In this document: positions 26,702-34,706 of the stretch, in pieces
Numbering within the stretch: position 1 is the first letter of the stretch
How the letters are laid out: every line of letters starts with the position of its first letter
DNA from: an uncultured bacterium
GTDB lineage: Bacteria > Fidelibacterota > Marinisomatia > Marinisomatales > UBA1611
Assembly (NCBI GenBank): GCA_964001155.1
Contig: CAXFCD010000052.1
Span: forward strand, 1-37,849
Reading direction: 5' to 3'
DNA length: 37,849 nt
Position numbers and translations under genes: made by a program
The notes under the pieces: model-generated
Database searches by the model: none
Told to the model about the DNA's origin: nothing
The model's input: only the letters and a program-made list of their open reading frames with translations

Positions 26702-29148
26702 TTTAACAGTGTTACTTTTTTGGATTTAGTTTCAAAACCGTTACTGACGGAAATGATAAATAATCCTGATGAAACCGGTTGACCATTTTGATCTAATCCA
26801 TTCCACGTGAAGTATGATTTAAAATTGGATGGTATGTGAGTTGTTTGTTTTATTGGCCTACCAAGAATATCATGAATAGAAATCAAAATTTGTTCATTTG
26901 GTGTGGAAGAAAATGTCATTGTAAAGGATGTATTAGAAGGATTTGGATATAATTTATATATGGATATTGATTCGGGTGCCGGGAATGAATTATTCTCATC
27001 CATTTTAAGTTGAGATTCATATAAAGACATAATCTGTTCCATTATTTCATTTCTCTGTGATTCCGGATATATTGCCTCAAATCCAACAGCTAAATAAACT
27101 AATCCACCTATTTGATTATTTGTCCCAAATGGACCAATATAGTCTATTCCCATCCCGCCTTGGCTGGCATAATTCACACCCACATATTTCACATTTACGG
27201 AAGCACCGCCCACCGGTTGAATGCCATCGGGCCAATCTACGTCATAAGTTCCCTGGCTGCCATCATCAAAAGTGATAGTTGGTATACTTTCAAAAATAGA
27301 GTTGCTGACGCCATACCCGCTATAAACATTATTCCCTGCAGCATCTGATAAATAATCCGCTTTTAAATAATTTGTATAAAACTGGTTATCGGAATTGCTT
27401 CCTTGTCCAGCAAGGTCATACCCAATCTCTGATCCTGAAACAAATAAAAACCCGCCACCTTCTAAAAATGATTTTACCAGATTTTGTTCAGTGGTTGTAA
27501 ACGTGCTGGTTGCTGTCCCTTCTTCGCCCAAAATCCAATCAATGTATTTATAATCTGATAGTAAGACAGTACCATTCATTACAGCTTCATTGGATGCTGA
27601 ATTAAATGCATACCCCGCATGATGAAGAGAACTACCATGTTGGCGAATGAAATCGAAGGTGTTATTTGTTCCCGTAATACGATCAAATCCGTTTACGATT
27701 AAGCATGATACAGGTTCGTTGGTTGGGGTAATGCCTAACATTTCAGTCGTTTCACTTTCACCAAAAAGATTCATCGCATTAATAGACAAAAAATAGGTTT
27801 CACCTTGGTTCAAATTTTCTATGAAAATAGGATTTTCAGAGAAAATTCCAAGTGTATCAGATTCGCCACTTGGCTCCAAATAATTTCTGAACACTGTATA
27901 TTCTTCAGCATCAAGTGCACCTCCAAAGTCAATTCGGATAGACCCGTTTCCTATATTTGTTATAGATAAATTTGTAGGCTGAGTGGGTGGGGCACCACCA
28001 CTGAATTTTGCATAAAGCAATTCCCATAATTCCGAATTTGAACCATCATAACCCAAAGCCCACATACCAATTCCTTTTAAATCATGATAAAGTGCAAAAT
28101 CGTATTTTAGAGATAAGGACAAACTGTCGTCGTACCATCCTTGATTCCAATTATTATCCTGGTAATAATACCAAGGCGTTTGGGATGACTCATGCCATTG
28201 TTTTCCATAGGATTGAGCTAAGGGTTCCATTTCTGAATATGTTTTAGCGTCACCGGTTCCGGTTGTAGCAGCTCCCGGTACATAGGAAGTCGCCGGCCAT
28301 TCATATCCATAATATGGAATACCCAAAATTAATTTATCCGCCTGAAAATTTGTTTTCTCTAAATAGTCAAAAATGGTCCAGGTCAAAGTATATCCTGGTC
28401 CTGTTAAAGGGGAAACCGGCCCCGTTGTTGAACTACCACTCCAATGGTATCCATATCCCATGATAAATAAACCATCACTAATTGTAGCCAATGCATTATA
28501 ATCCCAGGCATCATTCCAATCAACCGCTGGCATTGCCAATGTCACCTGCGAGCCAGGTATTTGGGTATGAAATGCTGATGTGAGGTCTGTAATGAATGTT
28601 ACCATATTTTCTTTTTGTGAGGCGGGGAAGGATTCAAAATCAATATTCACTCCATCCGCATTTCCAGCTTGGACTTGTTCAATCAAATTATCAATCAACG
28701 TCTGTCGGTAAGTAGGATTACTGAGGAGCGTTTCCAAACCACTATTGCTGAATAAAGTGGCGCACAATACAACATTTGTCCCATGGGCATGCGCTTCATT
28801 GATTAGACTCGCAACGGGCCATCCATGGAGGTCGTCTAAGGTGCCATTTGGATTAACTTCGGCACTGAAGTAGGCTAAGGTGGAGATCAGATCAAAATTA
28901 TAGTTTTGCCATGAGGTCCCCATCCAATAAGGATGGTACCCAAAAACTTCCCGAGTTGGTTCCCGTTGTCGATCTAATTTAGGTCTTATGGGTCCACTAT
29001 TATCTAATTCTTGAAAAATGTAATTTTGGTTGTAATAGTCTAATTGGGTTTGATGGATACTCGGAATATTCTGGCCAACTAAACCAGTCACCAGGCCGAT
29101 TATTAAAGGATAAAATCTAAACTTCACAGCCTGAAAAAATATCTTCAA
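26698..29148 (-). CDS. Secreted GH18 glycoside hydrolase with an FN3 domain, an uncharacterised ~230-aa domain and a T9SS C-terminal sorting domain
   Basis: Catalytic block ADGVNIDFE: the D-x-E is retained, but the second Asp of DxxDxDxE is Asn. The YHPYWM...NYNFDLISTLAYFSAEVNPNGTL start resembles the spore-cortex-type GH18 subgroup (needs a CDD check). The tail is LYPNPSNTSFTMTF...VTLLK. An alternative GTG start lies at 29127. Confidence 0.8.
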   Translation of the reverse strand: MKIFFQAVKFRFYPLIIGLVTGLVGQNIPSIHQTQLDYYNQNYIFQELDNSGPIRPKLDRQREPTREVFGYHPYWMGTSWQNYNFDLISTLAYFSAEVNPNGTLDDLHGWPVASLINEAHAHGTNVVLCATLFSNSGLETLLSNPTYRQTLIDNLIEQVQAGNADGVNIDFESFPASQKENMVTFITDLTSAFHTQIPGSQVTLAMPAVDWNDAWDYNALATISDGLFIMGYGYHWSGSSTTGPVSPLTGPGYTLTWTIFDYLEKTNFQADKLILGIPYYGYEWPATSYVPGAATTGTGDAKTYSEMEPLAQSYGKQWHESSQTPWYYYQDNNWNQGWYDDSLSLSLKYDFALYHDLKGIGMWALGYDGSNSELWELLYAKFSGGAPPTQPTNLSITNIGNGSIRIDFGGALDAEEYTVFRNYLEPSGESDTLGIFSENPIFIENLNQGETYFLSINAMNLFGESETTEMLGITPTNEPVSCLIVNGFDRITGTNNTFDFIRQHGSSLHHAGYAFNSASNEAVMNGTVLLSDYKYIDWILGEEGTATSTFTTTEQNLVKSFLEGGGFLFVSGSEIGYDLAGQGSNSDNQFYTNYLKADYLSDAAGNNVYSGYGVSNSIFESIPTITFDDGSQGTYDVDWPDGIQPVGGASVNVKYVGVNYASQGGMGIDYIGPFGTNNQIGGLVYLAVGFEAIYPESQRNEIMEQIMSLYESQLKMDENNSFPAPESISIYKLYPNPSNTSFTMTFSSTPNEQILISIHDILGRPIKQTTHIPSNFKSYFTWNGLDQNGQPVSSGLFIISVSNGFETKSKKVTLLK
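26701..26952 (-). other. T9SS type-A-like C-terminal sorting domain of the GH18 protein
   Basis: LYPNPSNTSFTMTFSSTPNEQILISIHDILGRPI...FTWNGLDQNGQPVSSGLFIISV...KKVTLLK. Confidence 0.7.
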
Positions 29149-30373
29149 TTGATTCCCTGCGGCGGATTAAAGTTGGGTTTTCGCCATCAAGAAGCACCTC
29201 AGCAGGTTTGGGGCGTGTGCAAAATTGATGGGACATGGTGTAACAATATGCCCCCGCATCCATAACAGCAATTAGGTCGCCTTCTTCCACATATGGAAAC
29301 TCCCGATCTACAGCAATGCGATCGGTATTTTCACAAATTCGTCCTGTAATGTCAACAGTCTGATCAATTGGAGCATCTGGCTCGCCTACTTTATACATTC
29401 TGTGATGTGCACCATAAAGTGCAGGCCTCATAAGCGTTTCCATCCCTGCATCCACACCGATATATTTCCTATAACTATCTTTAATACCTGTCACGCGAGT
29501 TAGAAGTATTCCCGTATCACCAACCACTGATTTCCCCGGTTCTATCCAGAGCGACGGTTTTGATTCATTCTGTTGTTCAAAATAAGAATTGAAGTTCTTT
29601 CCTACTTGTGAAAATACGGCATCAAAGTCCAAGGTAGAGTCCTCATCAGTGTAAGGAATTCCATATCCGCCGCCTAGACTGACATACTCCATATGAATAT
29701 TTAATTCATCCTTAAGTTGTTCGACTGTTCCCAAAATTGATTTAATCAGTTCAGGGTAATAATCAGGGTCTAATACGCCCGAACCTGTCATACATTGAAT
29801 ACCGAATTTTTTTATGCCTGCTTCTTTTGCCAGACTGTAAGCACTGACGATGTCATAGTGAGGGACACCAAATTTTGAATTTTCTCCACCAGTAACAATT
29901 TGAGAAAAGGCGCCTTTACCAAATCCTGGATTCAACCGAAATGAAATATCTTCCGGAAGTCCAATTTTATTTAATCTGTCAAAGGATGTAATATCATCCA
30001 AATTGATATGGGCTCCGTGATCATAGGCGTACTTTAGATCTTCCGGGGATTCATAGTTGCCGGTGTAGATACATTCATTTCCAAGGATACCACTTTTCTC
30101 AGCAATATAGATTTCACCAGGGCTTGCACAATCACCACCAATAGATGGGACCGCTGTTTTCAATTCTTTAATTAAATGAGGATTATTATTCGCTTTTATC
30201 GTATAACAAATATGATAGGATGAAAAATTGTTTTTTAGAGCATGATTCAGTTTTTCAATATTGTGAATCAAACGCTCTTTCGAGTATATGTAAAGAGGTG
30301 TTCCAAATTGGCTTGCCAATGCATCAAATAAAGCTTTGTTTTTCAACAGGTTGAAGAGCGGATGTTTTTCCAT
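29117..30373 (-). CDS. lysA: Diaminopimelate decarboxylase (PLP-dependent Orn/DAP/Arg decarboxylase family 2)
   Basis: YTIKANNNP (PLP Lys), SLGGGYGIPY, EPGKSVVG, GRICENTD and DAGAYCYTMS boxes are present. Length is 418 aa. The 3' end overlaps the GH18 start by 11-32 nt. Confidence 0.8.
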   Translation of the reverse strand: MEKHPLFNLLKNKALFDALASQFGTPLYIYSKERLIHNIEKLNHALKNNFSSYHICYTIKANNNPHLIKELKTAVPSIGGDCASPGEIYIAEKSGILGNECIYTGNYESPEDLKYAYDHGAHINLDDITSFDRLNKIGLPEDISFRLNPGFGKGAFSQIVTGGENSKFGVPHYDIVSAYSLAKEAGIKKFGIQCMTGSGVLDPDYYPELIKSILGTVEQLKDELNIHMEYVSLGGGYGIPYTDEDSTLDFDAVFSQVGKNFNSYFEQQNESKPSLWIEPGKSVVGDTGILLTRVTGIKDSYRKYIGVDAGMETLMRPALYGAHHRMYKVGEPDAPIDQTVDITGRICENTDRIAVDREFPYVEEGDLIAVMDAGAYCYTMSHQFCTRPKPAEVLLDGENPTLIRRRESIEDIFSGCEV

Positions 30374-30525
30374 TTTTTAAAGATTTTAAGTCCATTTCGT
30401 TTTATTGATATCGCGTGATATATAGTTTTAAAATTATAGACATTTCATTAATATTTCTAAATGAATAATAGTAATATAATTCATTAATTTTGTTGAGTAA
30501 ATGTTATCAATTTATTCCAATTAAA

Positions 30526-31365
30526 ATGAACAGATTTAAATTTCTAATCCTAATTTTTTTTTACTTTAATGGATGTTCGAATAAAGCAGATCCATTTGTC
30601 TGGATCAATACATTGCCAGAACCTTGGACACTTTCTGAAGCGGAGTTTGAATCTTTTTTACCCCAATTTCAGGAAAAATTTCCTAATTATCACGACCGTA
30701 TTAAAGCATTGAATTTGTGGCGCGTAGGAACGCCCTACGGATTATTTTGTCTTGGAGAAGAATCGGGTCAAGATACGGATCCTATCATCCGGAATGATTC
30801 ATCCGATTGTACTGTGCATGTGCTCACCACTTTGGCCTTTGCTGAAAGTTTTTCATGGCAACATGCTCGGGATGTCATGGTGGACATCCATTATAAAATG
30901 GATAAGGAAGGGAGAAAGAAACCTACCTTTGAATCCAGATGGCACTTTACGTCGGATCGACTTCTTCACCATCCACAAACACAACAAATAACACAAACCA
31001 TTGCAAAGGATTCAGAATTAGAAACTATTCAAATTGAGTTGAATAGAAAGGAAAGTGGTGACGAATTTTTAAAGTTGGATTGGACATCCCAAGAAACAAT
31101 TCAATTTTTACCGATAGAGAAAGTTAAAAAGAATCATTTAGACAAATTACCAACTGTCTGCGGAGTTGCTTTTGTAAAGCGGAGTTATTTTAAAATGGGA
31201 ATCGTGATTGCCCATGAGGGATATTTTATTGATCAATCCAATCTAATTCATGCATCATCAGAATTTGGAGAAACGGTGAATGTGGATTTTATGAATTATT
31301 TATATAAGGAAGATGGAACGCCGAGATTTGACGGCGTTATGTTTTATTCAATCCATCCAAGTTGA
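30526..31365 (+). CDS. DUF1460 / AmiA-like NlpC/P60-fold N-acetylmuramoyl-L-alanine amidase family lipoprotein
   Basis: Lipobox LILIFFYFNGC. GTPYGLFCLGEE...DSSDCTVHVLTTLAFAE (candidate catalytic Cys), RWHFTSDRL and IAHEGYFID..NLIHASSEFGETV resemble the DUF1460 pattern as I recall it. Start chosen at the ATG at 30526. Confidence 0.6.
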   Translation: MNRFKFLILIFFYFNGCSNKADPFVWINTLPEPWTLSEAEFESFLPQFQEKFPNYHDRIKALNLWRVGTPYGLFCLGEESGQDTDPIIRNDSSDCTVHVLTTLAFAESFSWQHARDVMVDIHYKMDKEGRKKPTFESRWHFTSDRLLHHPQTQQITQTIAKDSELETIQIELNRKESGDEFLKLDWTSQETIQFLPIEKVKKNHLDKLPTVCGVAFVKRSYFKMGIVIAHEGYFIDQSNLIHASSEFGETVNVDFMNYLYKEDGTPRFDGVMFYSIHPS

Positions 31366-31407
31366 AAGAAAAAAGCTCCCTGTTTTTAAATACCCCTAAA
31401 GCCCCCT

Positions 31408-31797
31408 TTGAAAGGGACATTTTTTGAAGAGCTTTTTTATAAATCAATTCTTTTAACAAATAAAGCTGAATCAGATTTGATTGTACCGGTCACGCTCAAT
31501 TCCATGGCTATCATACGATCTACTTTCATGAATTGTTATTTAAGTCAAAAAGATGCATCTTTCCCCAGTTATGAATTGGATGGTCCTTTTTGTGATTTGT
31601 CTCAAAAAATTTGGGTGGAACAACACCAAGATTTACAACTCTTGCTGGGGCGGGATTACTGGTATCAAAATGAAAATCCTCACTTGCGGGCCGTCCACGG
31701 TGCAGTTTATTTAAAGGAAATGGATGTGGATACTTTTCTCACGGTTGCTAGGGAACTGGAGGATGCAATGGAAGGCACAGCCCTGTCAGCGACATAA
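31408..31797 (+). CDS. Hypothetical protein (129 aa, TTG start)
   Basis: Open frame with no competing ORF on either strand. No family recognised and no signal peptide. Confidence 0.4.
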   Translation: MKGTFFEELFYKSILLTNKAESDLIVPVTLNSMAIIRSTFMNCYLSQKDASFPSYELDGPFCDLSQKIWVEQHQDLQLLLGRDYWYQNENPHLRAVHGAVYLKEMDVDTFLTVARELEDAMEGTALSAT

Positions 31798-31799
31798 GC

Positions 31800-32207
31800 C
31801 TAACCTGGACTTTTCTCTTTTTGAGCTATTTCATCCTGAACTTTTTTAGCTAAATGGAAAATATAATAAATTGACTTTTTGATTTCTTCCTCGGAGCAGG
31901 AATAACATGTACCTTTTGGCGGCATAACACCTTCTTCACCATCCATCCCGTTAAGAACACTTTCATACAGTTTGTCGAATCCTTTGGCTGCCAATTTATC
32001 AAAATGTTCTTTATCTTTCACCGGCGCTGCGCCCAGGGTTCCATACATGTGGCAGCGGAAACAAGTGGTGACCCAAATGGATTCACCAACGATTATATCC
32101 TCTTTGGATAAGTTCTTAAATTCGTCAGATTCATAAATATTTATGGGCGTTTTTTCCCCGCATCCCATCACAAGAAGAAAAATGAAAAAGAAAATTGTTC
32201 GCTGCAT
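31800..32207 (-). CDS. Cytochrome c, class I (c5-like) lipoprotein
   Basis: Lipobox LLVMGCG. Haem site CFRCH. A distal MPPKG Met ligand is followed by CYSCSEEE, the cytochrome c5-type disulfide pair. Confidence 0.8.
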   Translation of the reverse strand: MQRTIFFFIFLLVMGCGEKTPINIYESDEFKNLSKEDIIVGESIWVTTCFRCHMYGTLGAAPVKDKEHFDKLAAKGFDKLYESVLNGMDGEEGVMPPKGTCYSCSEEEIKKSIYYIFHLAKKVQDEIAQKEKSPG

Positions 32208-32265
32208 GAGTATCCTTATTTTTTAGAAACATTATTCATATGTACATTCAAAACTTAATAAAAAA

Positions 32266-32976
32266 ATGAAGCTTCGGATTTTTATTTTCTTCATCGTACT
32301 CTCCAACTTGATTGGGCAAAATCCAGGAATTATTCAACGAAATTTCCAAAATGGGATTGATGGAATCAAAAGTACCGTTTTTGAAAAACCAGCCAGAAAT
32401 CTGTTGTTGGCCGGTGGAATCGGTGTAGCGATTGCTTATCAGTTTGATAGCGATGTGCAGGATTGGTTTTTGGAAAAGCAGCCGCTCCCGGAATCTGTGA
32501 ATCGTTTTGGAGACCATTATGGAAATTTGTATTCCGGGATTATTGCTTTGACTGTTTCAGGAATTTCGGCATATAAAACCAATTCGTTAAACAAATTTGA
32601 ATATGCATTTGCTACTCTTAGTGCCAATGGATTAACAACAGTTATTTTAAAAGAAGTTGTAGGCAGAGAACGGCCTAATGGTGCAAACCATCGTTCTTTT
32701 CCGTCGGGGCATACATCTCACAGTTTTGCAACAGCGACCATATTTAAAGAATCATTTGGATGGAAATTGGGCGCACCTGCGTATTGTTTAGCCACCATCA
32801 CAGCCATGAACCGAATCCAGGATAATAAACATTATTTAAGTGATGTTGTTTTTGGTGCCAGTCTTGGAACGGCGTTTGGGATAGGATTTTCTCAGGTTTA
32901 TTTGAAGCAACCTAAAAAATTGGATTTGAGTTATAATTGGGTAAAGTCGGAAATGCAAATTACCGTCAGGTTTTAA
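32266..32976 (+). CDS. PAP2-family acid phosphatase / lipid phosphate phosphatase
   Basis: All three PAP2 motifs are present: KEVVGRERP (KxxxxxxRP), PSGH, and MNRIQDNKHYLSDV (RxxxxxHxxxD). Confidence 0.8.
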   Translation: MKLRIFIFFIVLSNLIGQNPGIIQRNFQNGIDGIKSTVFEKPARNLLLAGGIGVAIAYQFDSDVQDWFLEKQPLPESVNRFGDHYGNLYSGIIALTVSGISAYKTNSLNKFEYAFATLSANGLTTVILKEVVGRERPNGANHRSFPSGHTSHSFATATIFKESFGWKLGAPAYCLATITAMNRIQDNKHYLSDVVFGASLGTAFGIGFSQVYLKQPKKLDLSYNWVKSEMQITVRF

Positions 32977-32978
32977 AG

Positions 32979-33019
32979 GTGTTCAGGTGTTAATGTATTT
33001 ACGTTTTTAACTAGAACAC
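32979..33019. terminator. Nested inverted repeat between convergent PAP2 and kdsD genes (possible bidirectional terminator)
   Basis: GTGTTC(32979-32984)...GTTAA-13 nt-TTAAC...GAACAC(33014-33019), followed by TTT. It is AT-rich and weak. Confidence 0.3.
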
Positions 33020-33027
33020 TTTAGAAA

Positions 33028-34008
33028 CTATTGAACCCCTGTTTTTAAAATATCGTGAATGTGGACTATCCCGTCCGGTTTTTTTAACGATGGGTCAGAA
33101 TAAACAAATAAACTGGTGATGGCATGTTTTTCCATGAGTTCTAATGCGGATAGAGCAAGCGTATCCGATGTGACCCATTTTGGGTTTTCTGACATGATTA
33201 ATTTTGCAGTTTGATCAAAAAGATCATTTCCGCTGTTTTCCAATCCACGGCGAATGTCACCATCCGTGATAATGCCAACCATTTCACCATCGTCATTTAA
33301 GACGCCTGTCATGCCCAATCCTTTTTCAGATATGACCAAAAGTGCTTCCTTAATGCTGGCAGATTGATTCACAAAGGGAATTGTATCACCTGTATGGGTT
33401 AATTGATCCAACGTTAATAAGAGTCGTTTGCCCAACATACCGCCGGGGTGCAATTCGGCAAAATCTTCTTTATTAAATCCGCGAAGTTCCAGCAAGGATA
33501 CTGCCAATGCATCACCCATGGCCAATGTGGCGGTTGTGCTGGCTGTGGGTGCTAAGTCTAAGGTACATGCTTCTTTTTCAACGGATGTGTCTAAATAAAT
33601 GTCAGATTGTTCAGATAACGTGGAATCTTGCCGTCCTATGAGTCCAATAATAGTGACACCTTTTTTCTGAAGCGCTGGCAAAATTTGGATCAATTCCATG
33701 GTTTCGCCACTATTTGAAACAATTAGGACAACATCTTCTTTCGTAATCATACCTAGATCGCCATGTGTTGCTTCGCCAGGATGGACAAAGTGGGAAGGGG
33801 TTCCAGTGGATGCCATGGTAGAAGCAATTTTTTGAGAAATTAGCCCGGATTTACCCATTCCGGAAACAATTAGGCGTCCTGTGCATTGTAAAATAGTTTG
33901 AACTGCTGATTCAAAATTGGCATCGATTCGATCACCTATGAGAGAGACAGCTTCTGCCTCGATTTCGATGACGCGTTTTGCCACAGTTTGTATTTTAGAT
34001 GGATTCAT
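33028..34008 (-). CDS. kdsD: Arabinose-5-phosphate isomerase (KpsF/GutQ/KdsD family; SIS domain plus CBS pair)
   Basis: GRLIVSGMGKSGLISQKIASTMASTGTPSHFVHPGEATHGDLGMI is a SIS domain. VSNSGET follows. The C-terminal tandem CBS region (GVLNDDGEMVGIITDGDIRR ... IVHIHDILK) is also present. Confidence 0.9.
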   Translation of the reverse strand: MNPSKIQTVAKRVIEIEAEAVSLIGDRIDANFESAVQTILQCTGRLIVSGMGKSGLISQKIASTMASTGTPSHFVHPGEATHGDLGMITKEDVVLIVSNSGETMELIQILPALQKKGVTIIGLIGRQDSTLSEQSDIYLDTSVEKEACTLDLAPTASTTATLAMGDALAVSLLELRGFNKEDFAELHPGGMLGKRLLLTLDQLTHTGDTIPFVNQSASIKEALLVISEKGLGMTGVLNDDGEMVGIITDGDIRRGLENSGNDLFDQTAKLIMSENPKWVTSDTLALSALELMEKHAITSLFVYSDPSLKKPDGIVHIHDILKTGVQ

Positions 34009-34064
34009 CGCTTAAAATTTAATACCATTCTCTTGACGACCTGATTAGTTTAACGACCTTTATT

Positions 34065-34706
34065 ATGAAAACAAATTATCATTTACCTTGGGATAAGGAA
34101 GAGATTGCCAACACAATCACTCACGGATTTGGCGTGATTGCCAGTTCTATTGGTCTCGGTTTTTTATTGTATTTCGCCATTATGAAAGGGACCATTTGGG
34201 AACAGGTCAGTTTTGGCATTTTTGGATCAACCATGTTGGTTGTTTTTCTCGCCTCCACAATATATCATTCAATTCGACACCCAAGATTGAAACGGATATT
34301 TCAAACGATTGATCAGTCTGCGATATTTTTGCTTATTGCAGGATCTTATGCACCGTTTTGTTTAGTCAGTATGCGAGGCGTTTGGGGTTGGTCTATTTTA
34401 ATTGCAGTTTGGCTACTTGCGATCGGTGGCATTACGCTCAAACTTTTTTATCGAGATAAAGTCGTTAAACCATTTGTGATTTTGTATGTAGCTATGGGTT
34501 GGTTATGCATTATTGCCATAAAAGAAATGTTGGAGAAAATTCCTGAATTTTCATTACTCTTTATTGTCATCGGTGGCGGCTTTTACATGACAGGAATTAT
34601 TTTTTATCTTTGGGAAAGATTACCCTATAGCCATGCTATCTGGCATCTGTTTGTTCTGGGTGGATGTGCCAGTCATTATGTGGCTGTAATTGATCTCATT
34701 TTATGA
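34065..34706 (+). CDS. Hemolysin-III / PAQR family membrane protein
   Basis: 213 aa with 7 TM segments. EEIANTITHGFG, STIYHS, DQSAIFLLIAGSYAP and HAIWHLFVLGG are the conserved PAQR His/Asp motifs. Confidence 0.85.
   Translation: MKTNYHLPWDKEEIANTITHGFGVIASSIGLGFLLYFAIMKGTIWEQVSFGIFGSTMLVVFLASTIYHSIRHPRLKRIFQTIDQSAIFLLIAGSYAPFCLVSMRGVWGWSILIAVWLLAIGGITLKLFYRDKVVKPFVILYVAMGWLCIIAIKEMLEKIPEFSLLFIVIGGGFYMTGIIFYLWERLPYSHAIWHLFVLGGCASHYVAVIDLIL

Noticed and set aside
30431-30488. Short repeats in the lysA / DUF1460 divergent spacer (TGATAT x2 one helical turn apart; TTCATTAAT at 30444-30452 and 30480-30488)
   Set aside because: These are short AT-rich words in a very AT-rich spacer. Chance recurrence is likely and there is no palindromic operator structure.
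1-31365. Reading the left-hand locus as a chitin utilisation locus (GH18 + NagZ + GlcNAc transport)
   Set aside because: LdcA, PBP4, M23, two MurNAc-L-Ala amidase families, NamZ and LysA have no role in chitin breakdown but all act on murein. Dual chitin and murein specificity of the GH18 enzyme cannot be excluded.
31395-31425. CCCTTT/AAAGGG inverted repeat followed by T-rich sequence after the DUF1460 gene, as a possible terminator
   Set aside because: The arms are separated by a single nucleotide, so only about 4 bp could pair around a viable loop. It also overlaps the putative TTG start of the next ORF.
34065-34706. Hemolysin-III-family gene as a virulence factor
   Set aside because: PAQR/hemolysin-III homologues are ubiquitous housekeeping membrane proteins. 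Nothing in the context suggests a toxin role.
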